Under the pieces are notes generated by a model that made no database searches, had not been told where the DNA came from, and saw only the letters and a program-made list of their open reading frames with translations. A stretch of DNA of 64,000 nucleotides from Tubiluchus corallicola (lineage: Eukaryota > Animalia > Priapulida), in the NCBI GenBank assembly GCA_030141605.1, contig JAQGDQ010000104.1, forward strand, positions 248,001-312,000, in the 5' to 3' direction. Below, in pieces: positions 40,413 to 51,560 of this stretch. The translations under genes and the position numbers were made by a program. The first letter of the stretch is position 1. Each line of letters begins with the position of its first letter.

Positions 40413-43400
40413 CATCATCATTATTTATTATTGTTATTGTTATCATTATTATTATTATTATTTGGAAAAGTGTTAGTCATCATTCTACTTTTAAAACTAC
40501 GAACACTTTAAGTTGCTTGTAATTGCCTTTAGTGTAAAACTGGTAAGCTGTTAGGGCAGAAAACAGCACCTAGATTCGAAAATAATGTGCACTGTAAATC
40601 TAACAGAAATAAAGAGTGATATTACAACAAACTTGTGCAGTCGATTTACTTTGTGTTAACTTGTACAATACGAACTACCAAAAATATTATCTACAACCTC
40701 GTACATACACTGTCCTAGCATAGGGGATACATTAATGGACGTAGCACAGATCACATCAGTGGTCAGTGGTCACACTTACCTCTGCTCGACTGAGGGTAAT
40801 GTGGCTGAGATGTAACGGGTACTTTAACTGTAACAACCTCATCAAATAATGACTGATGTCGCAGCCTCCAATGTTGATCCTCCTACAGCGCTGGGCATGT
40901 AAGCATCCATTTAAAATCGGCAGGACGTGTGCAGCATGATACCCGCAACCAATGACCAAACCATTAATATTTTCTGAAAAGTAACCAAAGGATCTGGCTT
41001 AACAAGAAAAGGGGTACCTGAAGTAGGTTTCAGAAAAATCGCCTTAAAAAATTATATTACTTTATAGCAATTTTATGCGTATATCGTACTCATGTTGAAA
41101 GGATTTTTTGTTTTCGTTTTAGATTTTCCGCGACAAAGTTCTGATGGTGCCATTATATGACGTCACCTACGCACAGTGTAAAGCAGGGAAAGAAAAGTAA
41201 ATATTAAACTATGCCCCAAAAAACTTTTGATGCAAAATTGTGTTACTTAGCATTTTGCTTACCTGCTTGAAAGGCTTATGTAACTAGAAAAAAAATTGAT
41301 TTTTTTTTAAATGCTTTCACCAATTGGTAAAATGTCGTTGACTTTCCCTCCAGGGTGCACCACTCACTAGCCAAAAACGTATTTTTAATCTTATTGACAA
41401 GATACAGCAAATTTTAAATTTTATTTAATTAGTAACGTGTGCGCTACAAATGCCTTGATTATTTTTTCAAACATTGTTTTAAATGACTTATCATCAAAAT
41501 GATTGCATCTAACGGTCACCGCGGGAGTTTAAATTTACATGTTTTATACAAAGTTATTACCGACGCAAATCTAATATGCAAAATGGCAGTATGTAAGTGG
41601 TATAAAATATCAAGACGAATTTTTCAAGCTTTATGTAAGTGGTGGGTTTTCTTGTGGTTTAAGATATGAAATAAGTAACGGCTTAGGACAAAATTTTACG
41701 TGGTAAACAAAATACTTTTTACATTTCCTATTTAAACATAAAACATATTATTACACACTACGCAACCTGGATATATTAACAACTTCAAAATGATGTGCAC
41801 TTTAAATTCACAAATGAAATAATGTGAATTTTGAATTTGCTTAGCTTTGTTAATTGAGCATTCAAGGTCCAACGAAAACATATTGACAATACAACACCTA
41901 CAGTAGCAAACCAAATAACAATTTTTGTATTGTAACAAAATTCAAGGATAGAACATTGATATAATTTCACCTTTAGGAGAGGTGCAAATACAGCAATTTA
42001 AGGCAATGAGAGTAAAAAAATCAGCTTGAAATGACTTTTTGGAAAAATAAACTTCTGAATTTAAACTTTGTTGCTAAAGGTACCTGAACATGCATCTGGT
42101 ACATGGCGCCATTTGGTCATTGGCATGCCACAAAATTCTGTTGATGTACAGTGCGTCCTCGCTTAACGATGCTAATGCATTCCAGAAAAACACGACGTTA
42201 AGCGAAATGCTGTTAAACGAACCAAAACTTCCACAAGAAGTAATGTAAATGAAATGAGATTCGTTCCAGAATCAAAAATCAATGCATCAATGCTGATTAA
42301 ATTACGTTAAATAAACGTTTTACGAGTTATATTCATATTTCTAATGATAATTTCTTTCTGTTTGCTTGAAACCACCTATCTTTGTTACCAATGTCTAGCT
42401 AGACATGCGAGCGATTTCTCTTCCCATGGTGAAAGCCAAGCTCTCCATGGAGCGACCTTGAAACATTTTCAAATACCACTAATGTGGTTGTTATACAAAC
42501 AAGTTACAGAAAAAATTCTGGCATAAGTTTAAACTCGAGTGTTGCTTGGTAGAAATGGCTAGAATTCAGTACGTAGTCAGTTGGGAGGCAAAAACATTAT
42601 AATAATTGCACCATTTAGGTTACTAATGCATTTTTAGAACAGAATAACGCAATATGTACAATTTTAATAATGCTCTAAATCAGGTAGAAAAGTTGTTGAT
42701 AAAATAAAAAATGGCGAGTCGTTAAGTGAGAACATAATAATAATATAATTATATTCTTCATTGCAATTAATGTACACAAACTGTACTATACAAAATACAT
42801 ATACATAAAATTTTTGTGTACAAACAATCAGAGGACTGATGAAAGTAATAGTGTCTACTAAATCTACTTTAAAATCTACAATCATTAATTAATTTCTACT
42901 TAATTTTAACCCTAAAAAATTGCAACACAAAACAAAAAATCACATTTATACATACAAAAAAAAACAAAGCAACACCTACAAATTTTAGAACTGCACAACA
43001 ATTAAAACAATCAAAATTAGCACAAAGGAACTTATACAATACTAATTAATTGTATTAATTAGTGTCAAATGTTCAGTGTCATAAAAACAAAACGTCGCTA
43101 AACGGGGAGTCGTTAAGCGAGGACTTAACTGCACGAGAAACAGGTATTTACTGGGTAGTATACTCACCATCAAAAGACTTCTGGTTATGATAGAACGAAA
43201 ATAGAGAATCGATGCCGTAAACAACACTGGGCACACTGTAGCATTCAAACAATAACTCACTCATCACTAAAACAAAAAACGTTGCAAAATGTCTGAATGC
43301 TGAATGTTCGCCAACGGCCGGGCACGGCGAAAAAAGGAAAATGGACATTTACGACGTGTATGTAGATGTATGACACCTATAAATTAACTAATTAATCATT

Positions 43401-46400
43401 ATTAAAACAAATTAACTTGTCCCAGTTATGACTTGTGCTGCTTTGGGGTCAAATAAAACTGATTTCATTAAAAATTCAGATCCAATTACGCCAGTTATAT
43501 ATGTAACATGTTTTACAACACGCCTTTTACATTAAAAGTGATTATGTATCCATGTTAAACAAGACGCCTACACGCTAAATGCGCTCATGCACTTTTATTA
43601 GGATATAGCAGAACTTTATTATTTAAATACAGTAAGCGCTGCTTAATAGATTCACTATGGAATCAAGTGTTTTTAGCAAATAACTGACAGAATATATTAG
43701 TTGACTGCTGTAGTATTACTGGCATAAAAGTATGAGTGACCACTCTCTAGCTTAGTATGCACTGCTAATGTTGTAAGACATTCAAGGTCTTTATGCTTAT
43801 GCCTAAAAATTTGTTTAAAATTAACTCTATGCTCTTAGTTGCTCTATAATATTTATCCTTGTAAAGTTGCAAAGAATTGTGGCAGATTACTGCCACTACA
43901 TCGGTGGCACAGTGGCATCACTTAACTGATTAAACGTTCTGAGAAGAAAAGGCTGCAAGAGCTTCAAAAGGAAACTGCTAAGCACGTGATCAAAAGGTCA
44001 GCTTCCATAAATTCTTGGGTGATGAGGTTAACTGCAGTCAATGAGCGGGTGACATATTCAAAGCAAAACCACTACGATAGCGTATTAGCACATGATAAAC
44101 AAACCTAATTACAAACGAAACCAGACTTAACACGATTGTTTAAGGTATACAATAGTGCGTTGAAACAAAATAAAGGTGACGCAAAAATAGTGAAAGCATT
44201 TTAATCACACGCAAGTACGTTATTTTAAACAAGAAAAGCAAGAAACATTGAATCAATTATGCATAGTTATTTAAGTCAATTGCCAGCAGTTTTTACACAC
44301 TTAAAAAAGATAGCCCAAACCAAATGTTTTTGAGTCAGATAAACGACTAATTCTAGTAACCGTGAACTAAAAAAACGGTACCCACTGTAGTAAACAACCA
44401 AAAATTTGGTTGACTATGTTCGCAGTTTGATCACAAAAATTGAAGCACATAATTACTATGCGATGTGCCTTTAAATTGAGACTGGTCAATTCAATGGGGC
44501 TTGCTCTGCAGGAATGAATATGTGAAATGTGTAATTTGGGTGAAGAAAAAAACGATGTACATCTCTTACTCGATTGTTCGTTTTATAACACACAAAGAAA
44601 GGATTTATTTCAAAAATGTTGTCAAATTTTTATGCAATTGGTGAATACTGAAAAACTTGCATTACGAATACTGAAACAGCTTTCATTATGAATGCTGATG
44701 TTTTAACTAGAGGCCTTGCTTGTTCTATACAAAATTCTTACTTGAAGAGAATCTATAAGCAATGATTGTGTAATCTTGTACTGAATTGTAAAATAATCTT
44801 GTACTACATACAATGACATGACCAGCATAAATTTTTGTCAAGTGTACACTTTACGGAAATCTTTTGGACCTAATAGGCAGTGACTTGTAAGCCTAAATGG
44901 CTGGGTTTACTTCAAAATTTTTGTCGTGCATAGAACAGCAAAAACGATTGTAAATGTAATGTATGACTTAACGTAAACATGCCAACTTAATAAATATTTT
45001 CTCACTCTCATTCACTCACCATGCACATTCTAGGAAACCATATCAACTGAAGCTCAGTCCAGGGATGAGAATGACAAAAAACTCTGAAACAGACCGGAGG
45101 CTTGGGGGCCGCGTAGGCCTCCATGGGGTTCAAGAGGGGCGAAACCCCCTTGGAGCCAGCAACCAATTGCAATTTTGTGACCATAGAGAGCCTCTAAGTG
45201 GACTTATATATCAGTTACCTTGTTTCATGCATAATTTAAAATACCCAACTATCAAGGATACATGATACCTAATTGTCTCAAAAACGCCTAAATACTGGCC
45301 GCTCCTATGCAAAAGTATATAAAAACTGTCTGCAATTGACTCAAATAACTCCGCACAATTGATTTTATATTTTTATACATAGAGATACACACGTGGTTAC
45401 ACTGATGTACGTGATGTAAGCAAAGTGACGGCCTGCCAACTAGCGGTCAGCTTGTGAAATAATGTACTGGGTCCGTAAAAATTTTCTCAACGAATTTACG
45501 CGATTTACAAAAATGGCACTACTGGTCTTCCAAAACCTCGGAATTCCGCGTATCCGCGGAAAATTCTCATCCCTGGCTCAGTCCTTGCAAGAAATCTTAA
45601 TTACACATACTCTGTCTACAGTAGGTTGGGTTGCAAACGGCTTCTGTCAACACAACAGGATGATCGACACTACCATCCGTGTTGATGCCAAGATGATTAA
45701 ACACGTAGTCAAAGACCTGTTCCTGTGGAAAATAAATAATCACAGTGAGAACAGCAACATGAATTTTCACACATGTATTGATTTAATACAAGAGTAAAAA
45801 TAAAATACATTTAAAATTTTTAACCATAACGTAATGGAAGCAGGGCTAAAATTTCCTTATAATTTGCCAGAATCTAAGCAGATTTTCGTAGTGACTTTTT
45901 TGGTGACTGTTTATAAGAATCCAGAAAATTAATGTCTAAATTACATAGTTCCAGTACAGTGGCTTTAAAGAAGTGTTAAGGTGGTCAAATGGTCGAGGAA
46001 CATACCTGTACATCATACTGCGTAACAACGTTCTTGTCAAAAGGGCTCTTCAGCAACCATCGAACAACCTCGATGTTCTTGATGTCGTTCCCAACCTGGG
46101 CTTCACTATCCTGTAAATGATAGAGAAACTTACAAAAGCTCAACATACATCGTTAAGATAAACAGGTAAAACTTCGCATTAGCATTTTCAAAACACTGTA
46201 TAAACAGAGAAATAACATAATTACGGTAAAATGCAGCGATAATAATAAGGTATTTTTTTATAATTTATTCATTCTACCAACACAGGACTTAGATAGAGTT
46301 CATTGCACCAAAAAATTACATCAAAAATATAACAAATAAGAAACATACCATTACTACAGAACAAATAACAGTTTCCCTAATTAAGAAACATTAATTTACG

Positions 46401-47910
46401 TGCTTCAGGAGTTTAAAAGATAGATAAGTTAATGTTAAAAAAGTATTAGTTTTTTAACAATGTATTTACAATATTATCATGTTACAGTACAGAATCTATA
46501 CTCTTATATTAATATTCTTGGTATGGGCTTAATTTATATATATATAAGATTCGAGGCTACAGCTCCGACCAGGGCACCATTTGCGGCGATCTATACATCA
46601 AACGAAAGGTCTCGATCTAGTGTCTTCTCATTGATGGTTTATTTTTCGAATCGGGCCCACCGGGAGGAACGGGGGGCGAAAAACCTCCAAAAATGGCCAT
46701 TTTTCGGCCGTTTTTTGCAAAAGTTATACGGCTGAGATGTAGAGAACGGGAACAGGCCGAGGGTGGTGCTGGGTATGGATAGATAGCCCGTTTAGCGGTG
46801 GGTGTAGTAGGCATATTTAGAATTCCCGAGAGGGCCACGGCGTCCCGTAACGGGCGTTTTCCCGGACCCAACTCGTGATTTTTTCGAAATTTTGACCAAA
46901 CAGCCTGCGGAAAAAACGTTCTAGTGGCGCCTGGTGGGACTCTCGGAAGGAGATATATAGCTCTTTACAAAGTGGAAGAACGGGGCTATACGATGATGTG
47001 GGTTATATTTTAGGGCAGGTCACCGAGAGGAGTATCAATGAGTTAATTATGTGTTCTATTTTCGGCAATTTTTCAACAATTTTCGCTTAGAAAACTGCGA
47101 CGCATTCCATTGTGCTGACGTCATCCATTGTACTCTGTCTATAAGTTTAATTCAGTAAAAAGCTGCTGCTGGCTTTGCGTTAGATAAACAGACATACAGT
47201 AGGCATGATGTGACGGGCTACAGGCTTTGCGTTAGGTAAGTAGGCAGGATGTTACGGGCTTTACAGGCTTTGTGTTATAAATGAGGACCAGGTAGAATGT
47301 TCGCGTATTATTGATTACACGTGTATTTATACGCAAAATCTTTTGCGGGGCCTTTGCTATTCAAATATTAATACTGTCACATAATTCAGTTGCATTATAT
47401 GCAAACTTTATTATTATTTTAAGAACATCTAAGTCATTCTCGCCTATTAAAAATTTAAATTTCTCTTGTTCGGACACAAATGAAAAAGTAGGTGAAATCC
47501 GTTTCACTTTTTTATATAAGTTATATCTTAAATCGTTATACAAAATACAATGTAACACAAAAAGAAGCTCGCCCTCAACTTCCAGTTCAAAACAAAGAAA
47601 TTAAGCTTGCAATATGATTAAACTATAAAAGACATTAACAAACTAGTTTTACAATACGTCAGCAACAATCAGACAAACATTAATAAAGTATTCGATGAAC
47701 AATGTTACAGCAGCTTACCCATTAGGAATAATAATTATGTGATGTTTTGCAGACCCCTCAAAATCCAAGGTTGTAAGAGAGAGTCTGACAGTGAAACAGA
47801 GATTAGTTAGTGCAAGGAGATGAGGATGAACTTGCTAGTAGTGACTGCAAAAAGAGGAGAGAGAACGGCGGAGACAGAGAGAGAGAGTGAGAGAGAGAGA
47901 GAGAGAGGAG

Positions 47911-47991
<81 letters not shown>

Positions 47992-50399
47992 TATGCAATG
48001 TAACAATGATAATCCTGACCATGTTAACCAAAATTAAGATTTCCAGAGAAGTATACAGTGAAACTTGCCGCAAAAATGGAAGAAAAATCCTTATACTGCA
48101 TATTTTGAGTAAGTGACAGATACTAAGTCCGAATGTTATTATACGACTTTTTATCCACTATTGCTTGCAGTATTTTTATGCTATTCTATTGTTATTCATA
48201 GGGATTAAAGATGTTCCCTTTAATATGCATTTTGAAAGCAGAAATACTTTTAATTTCAAACGCTTCGAATTTTATGAATTTGAGTAAAATTCATCCAAAA
48301 TAATGCATTTAGCTAGTACGAAATGTCATCTGCTTAACTTAAAGAAAAATCGGACAATTGTGTAAACATTAGTCGAGAATAAAGAATGCTCCAAAATATT
48401 GAAAACTACAATAGCTTATTTTAAATCAAAGCTTAGATTAAATAATAATTACCTCGGATACTCAAATATTGTTAAACTTTCAAAGCTACGCGCGGCTCAG
48501 AGAATCTACTAAGATTGGCAACCGCATCTTTCTGTCACATGCGCGTGGCCAACAAATGGTACCGTGATAAAGACAATCATGAACTGCAGTGTTAGTTTCT
48601 GACGTCGTATGATGTAAAGCCAATTTTTCGTAATATCACGCAAACTTGCTTGACGCACAAGGGAAGATGCCTGCCATTGTACAAACTGTGGTTAGTTTCT
48701 GATGTAAGCAATAGCTGTGTTCTGTTGCCATTAATTGACTTTCTAAGCTAATTATTCAAATATAAGAAACAACTGCTAACTTTTACAGGTAAGAAAATGT
48801 ATATTTTCAACAGTAAATTAAAATGAGATTGAGTTTAAACAATCGTCCGGTTTTCCTTTAACAATAAATTTAATGCTGACACAGCAGTTTCTTAGTGATC
48901 TCAATAATAACAATATCCATGTAATATTTATTTTGAAAAACAACATGAATGAAACTTATTAAATGTTTGACACTCGCTCACAAAAACACACAAAAACAGT
49001 TTTACAAAGTAAAATTAGACAGTCTTAAAGTTTTTGTTTTGTCATGTTGTGTAGCAGGCACGTGTAATTAACCAAACAGAATACCCTTTTGCCTCTCTGT
49101 TTTGCGACAATGTTCTTAAAAGAAAGACGCGGAGTATCATCAGTGGCCCATCCAACACGACATTCGTTGGAACCTAGAAAATATGTTTCTACTTTCAGTA
49201 GTTGTTGTAGTGCATATAGTATCAAAATATACAAAAATACCCTATGCACCATATATACGCATAAAATTTTCAAATTCTCATAATTTGAAGAGAAAATTAT
49301 TGCGAGTTAAGTCAGCTTTAAGTTTTCACCCTGCTCTGTTACCTTCCAAATGTACATCCTAGGCCAGGGGTGTGCAAATTGCGGCCCGCGGGCCACTTGC
49401 GGCCCGCCAAGAGAATTTGTGCGGCCCGCGAAGAGATTTGTCAACCTAATGAAAGTGCGGCTGGGGCGATTAATTGAGTGTATCCAGCTGAAGTCCGTGC
49501 CACGATCCCAAATATAGTGCGGTTAGTTTTTTTTACTAGATCGGATGCCATTAACCCTTACAAGACAGTTGTAGCTTAATGTCACTGTACTACACAGACT
49601 GTGTGATACACATTACTAATATGCATTGTAATGAAATTACCACTATCTGTCCTGAAAGTAGAAATATATGGTTTGTAAATAGTTTCTTGAGTGTAGTAGT
49701 AATGATGTACGCAGGTCGGATGCAAAAAAAGTAGTTATTAGGCCTTTCTGTACCTGGCTCCTTTATCAAACTGCCTGTGGCCCGCAGGAATTGTGGGAAA
49801 GTTTAATGTGGCCCGGCTAGTCAGATAATTTGCACACCCCTGTCCCAGGCTAAGTGCAAACTATTTCAAAGCTTCAAACTCCGAAAAAAACAAAAAAATC
49901 CATTTCAAGCATAAGACAGACCCCTACATCAAGTAGCGAATTTTAGCTTAATTTCTGTTTTAAAGTCACTGATAAGGTCAGTTGTTTTCCACAAATTAGT
50001 CTCATATACAAACATTACACAATCAGCAGTAAGAGCAACCATTTTATTTTTAATCACACAAAAGTCAAGAGTGTATAACCAGTTCCTGAATTCACTACAA
50101 TGACTTCCTAGAAATGAACTTAGAAGAGTTTTCAGTATCAGAAGAAGCTGTACTCATGTTCAACTATTCATGAGTTTGGCTAATATTAGTCTATAATTAA
50201 CAGTTACTAGTTTTCTTGTGCTTCACCAATTCAGTTAGGGCCCACGCCAATTAACACTTAACATACCATTGTCAATGATGATGGGAATTTTAGAGTTATG
50301 CAGAGCTTCCGTGTAGCTGTGAAAAGCGTCCGGAACTGGCTTCGCGTCTTGGAATGCGTATGTGTTGGCTTCTTTTGACATTTCCACAAACTGACTCAT
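22054..50399 (-). CDS. ACTR5: Actin-related protein 5 (INO80 complex subunit), complete CDS, 18 coding exons, ~679 aa
   Basis: Exons: 50399-50267, 49173-49085, 46110-46006, 45722-45611, 43266-43168, 40973-40780, 38558-38442, 37505-37407, 35753-35673, 34556-34449, 32778-32632, 31746-31638, 28287-28205, 27869-27775, 25373-25290, 24124-24007, 23077-22966, 22208-22054. They sum to 2040 nt with consistent phases. Arp5 hallmarks: [70 protein letters not shown]. Confidence 0.95.
22315..22935. mobile_element. ~620-bp MITE, copy 1 (family shared with 50908-51560)
   Basis: Colinear similarity to 50908-51560 (e.g. CTTTCTAGTTATTCAC, AAATCCAGTAGATGG, ATAATTTGATGCTAGAATA); left TIR partly deleted. Confidence 0.75.
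22966..23077 (-). CDS. ACTR5: ACTR5 coding exon 17
   Basis: [37 protein letters not shown]. Confidence 0.94.
24007..24124 (-). CDS. ACTR5: ACTR5 coding exon 16
   Basis: [39 protein letters not shown]. Confidence 0.94.
24480..24725. repeat. Dispersed repeat, second copy at ~35240-35480
   Basis: Shared TTTTTGCTTTTGCAAA ... TTTGTGATGTCATCAA ... TTATTTAATTATCAGAAA ... TAAAATGTATACTT. Confidence 0.7.
25290..25373 (-). CDS. ACTR5: ACTR5 coding exon 15
   Basis: [28 protein letters not shown]. Confidence 0.92.
25961..26443. mobile_element. Tc1/mariner-pogo MITE
   Basis: TA|CAGTCAACCTCGGATATAAGG ... CCTTATACCCAAGGTTGACTG|TA; internal GTCCCTTATA repeats. Confidence 0.88.
27775..27869 (-). CDS. ACTR5: ACTR5 coding exon 14
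   Basis: [31 protein letters not shown]. Confidence 0.92.
28205..28287 (-). CDS. ACTR5: ACTR5 coding exon 13
   Basis: [28 protein letters not shown]. Confidence 0.93.
28361..30529. repeat. 48-bp minisatellite, ~45 copies, in an ACTR5 intron
   Basis: Unit GCAACCTGGTCCTTGTTGCGGGTGTTAAACTAAGTGCTAAGTGCTAGC; some 41-bp variants lack one AAGTGCT. Confidence 0.97.
31638..31746 (-). CDS. ACTR5: ACTR5 coding exon 12
   Basis: [36 protein letters not shown]. Confidence 0.92.
31886..32611. mobile_element. Tc1/mariner-pogo MITE (same TIR family as 42149-43131)
   Basis: TA|CAATAAGTCCTCGCGTAAC ... GTCGTTAAGCGAGGACTCACTG|TA. Confidence 0.75.
32632..32778 (-). CDS. ACTR5: ACTR5 coding exon 11 (acceptor chosen by phase)
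   Basis: tttcttctgataaag|[20 protein letters not shown]...[10 protein letters not shown]|gtctgt. Confidence 0.75.
33145..33816. mobile_element. hAT-type MITE
   Basis: TAGGGATGCTACCGAAAC ... GTTTTGGTAACATCCCTG; degenerate 8-bp flanks CATGGCAC / CGTGACAC; internal AAACTGAA/AACCGAAA repeats. Confidence 0.65.
33820..34398. repeat. 58-bp minisatellite, ~10 copies
   Basis: Unit CACTGTTCATGTTCACAAACCTACTGTTAATGTGCTACCTGGTAACAGTAACGTGTGG. Confidence 0.95.
34449..34556 (-). CDS. ACTR5: ACTR5 coding exon 10
   Basis: [36 protein letters not shown]|gtaagt. Confidence 0.87.
35673..35753 (-). CDS. ACTR5: ACTR5 coding exon 9
   Basis: [27 protein letters not shown]|gtacgt. Confidence 0.85.
36061..36408. 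repeat. 21-bp minisatellite, ~16 copies
   Basis: Unit TCTAGTGAAAATGGCATCAAC. Confidence 0.96.
37407..37505 (-). CDS. ACTR5: ACTR5 coding exon 8 (followed by a GC donor)
   Basis: [33 protein letters not shown]|gcaagt. Confidence 0.87.
37795..38128. mobile_element. Tc1/mariner-pogo MITE
   Basis: TA|CAGTGATACCTTGAGATACGAA ... TTCCTAAGTCAAGGTTCCACTG|TA. Confidence 0.8.
38442..38558 (-). CDS. ACTR5: ACTR5 coding exon 7
   Basis: [39 protein letters not shown]. Confidence 0.92.
39365..40020. repeat. 60-bp minisatellite, ~11 copies
   Basis: Unit CTTTAGTCGAGCTAGCTGATTTACTGTGTGAGACAGTTGGTGTAGTAGTAACTGACTCAG and variants. Confidence 0.96.
40323..40461. repeat. (TAT)n microsatellite
   Basis: Directly visible. 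Confidence 0.95.
40780..40973 (-). CDS. ACTR5: ACTR5 coding exon 6
   Basis: [22 protein letters not shown]...RRINIGG...[22 protein letters not shown]. Confidence 0.94.
42149..43131. mobile_element. Tc1/mariner-pogo non-autonomous element
   Basis: TA|CAGTGCGTCCTCGCTTAACGA ... TCGTTAAGCGAGGACTTAACTG. Confidence 0.78.
43168..43266 (-). CDS. ACTR5: ACTR5 coding exon 5
   Basis: [33 protein letters not shown]. Confidence 0.94.
44280..45020 (+). mobile_element. LINE 3' end remnant
   Basis: Decayed LR.....IETG...ICEMCNLG...[19 protein letters not shown] zinc-knuckle motif, then a 3' UTR with AATAAA and a CTCA-type tail. Confidence 0.65.
45060..45575. mobile_element. hAT-type MITE with perfect 8-bp TSD
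   Basis: GCTCAGTC|CAGGGATGAGAAT ... ATTCTCATCCCTG|GCTCAGTC. Confidence 0.92.
45611..45722 (-). CDS. ACTR5: ACTR5 coding exon 4
   Basis: [37 protein letters not shown]. Confidence 0.93.
46006..46110 (-). CDS. ACTR5: ACTR5 coding exon 3
   Basis: [35 protein letters not shown]. Confidence 0.92.
46495..47310 (+). mobile_element. GC-rich intronic insertion, possibly a non-autonomous Helitron-like element
   Basis: Starts A|TCTATACT, with a sharp GC/CpG increase at 46550-47030 and repeated ACGGGCT(TT)ACAGGCTTTG(C/T)GTTA motifs near the end. No clean hairpin-CTAG terminus found. Confidence 0.3.
47870..47988. repeat. (GA)n microsatellite
   Basis: Directly visible. Confidence 0.95.
49085..49173 (-). 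CDS. ACTR5: ACTR5 coding exon 2
   Basis: [29 protein letters not shown]; ag/gt boundaries. Confidence 0.92.
49365..49842. mobile_element. hAT (Charlie-like) MITE
   Basis: TCCTAGGC|CAGGGGTGTGCAAATT ... AATTTGCACACCCCTG|TCCCAGGC; 16-bp perfect TIR, 7/8 TSD, subterminal GCGGCCCGC repeats. Confidence 0.92.
50267..50399 (-). CDS. ACTR5: ACTR5 coding exon 1
   Basis: ATG...[18 protein letters not shown]...IPIIIDNG|gtatgt. Confidence 0.88.
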
Positions 50400-50907
50400 A
50401 ACCGGAAAAACTATAAAAGCACAGAAAAAGGCGGAGCATGAGGTTTCCGAATATATTTGATAACAGTTTAATAACTGTAGAGTAATGATGATGCAAGTTA
50501 CACAGTGGAACACAAAGTGCTTAGTGACCACAGTGTAGCAACATCGAGTCTGATTAGTAAGTAGATGAAATTGGATGAAGGCACATGCAACAGCCTAAAA
50601 AGGCTAAGGCTCACACCTACAGGATCAACATCCTTGATAATGGACAAGGTTCCATCAATCCACTTAATAGGCCTAACCATTAAGTTCTAGAACGAGTGAA
50701 TTTACCTGGAACCACTGGACAAAGTGAATTAACTTTGTTCTTTAATAAGTTGAATTCTAAAACAATTGAGTTCAAATATTCGTCCAGAGAATTTATGTAA
50801 TTTCGAAGTATTATTGCGTCAGCCAGCATGAGCATATCAGTTTAGTGTCGTCAACAAACATCTTGGCAAATTAATTCTATAATTACAGAAGAGGCAATCT
50901 AAGATTC

Positions 50908-51560
50908 ATATGCGTGCTTGCGTAGCAAAATCGTCCATAAGTCGGTAATTAAGCTTTTCTAGTTATTCACATATCCTGAATCTCAATATCATAAGGATCA
51001 TTTTGATAGGAAGTTCATCGCTCTATGTTATTTCTAAGTTGAGATAATCCACATTAAAGTTGAGGTGCAGGCTATGCAGTGAAAAACAATTTTGAGAAAA
51101 TCGCTGTTAAAGTCAGCCATCGTTTTTTGTCGCGTCTTTACAAAACACTTAGCAACCATACGAAAGTGTGGTTACTATGGACTTTATAAGAACTCGTTGA
51201 AGTCATCTTTAAATCCAGTAGATGGCTCTTCCTGACGAAGATTTGAACCCGAAGCAAAATGACTGCTTCCATGAACTACTATCGGAATTTGAAAATACAA
51301 TTTTTTTATAATTGCAATATTAGCTTCTATTCAGAAAAGTGGGTACGGGGTTATCAAATTAAATTTTTAGTATTTTTTGGACATTTTCTTGATAATTTGA
51401 TGCTAGAATACAAAAGTCCAATATATTTAGCGTTTATTTTCATAAAAATACAAAAAATTAACATTTGACCAAATTTTCGGTGCATTCTACTTCGAAGCAT
51501 CATGACGTAGTTTTAACTATGCCAACTTATGGACGGTTTTGGTTTGCAAACACACATATA
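50908..51560. mobile_element. ~650-bp MITE, copy 2, just upstream of ACTR5 coding exon 1
   Basis: TIRs ATGCGTGCTTGCGTAGCAAAATCGTCCATAAGT ... ACTTATGGACGGTTTTGGTTTGCAAACACACAT; homologous to 22315-22935. Confidence 0.8.
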
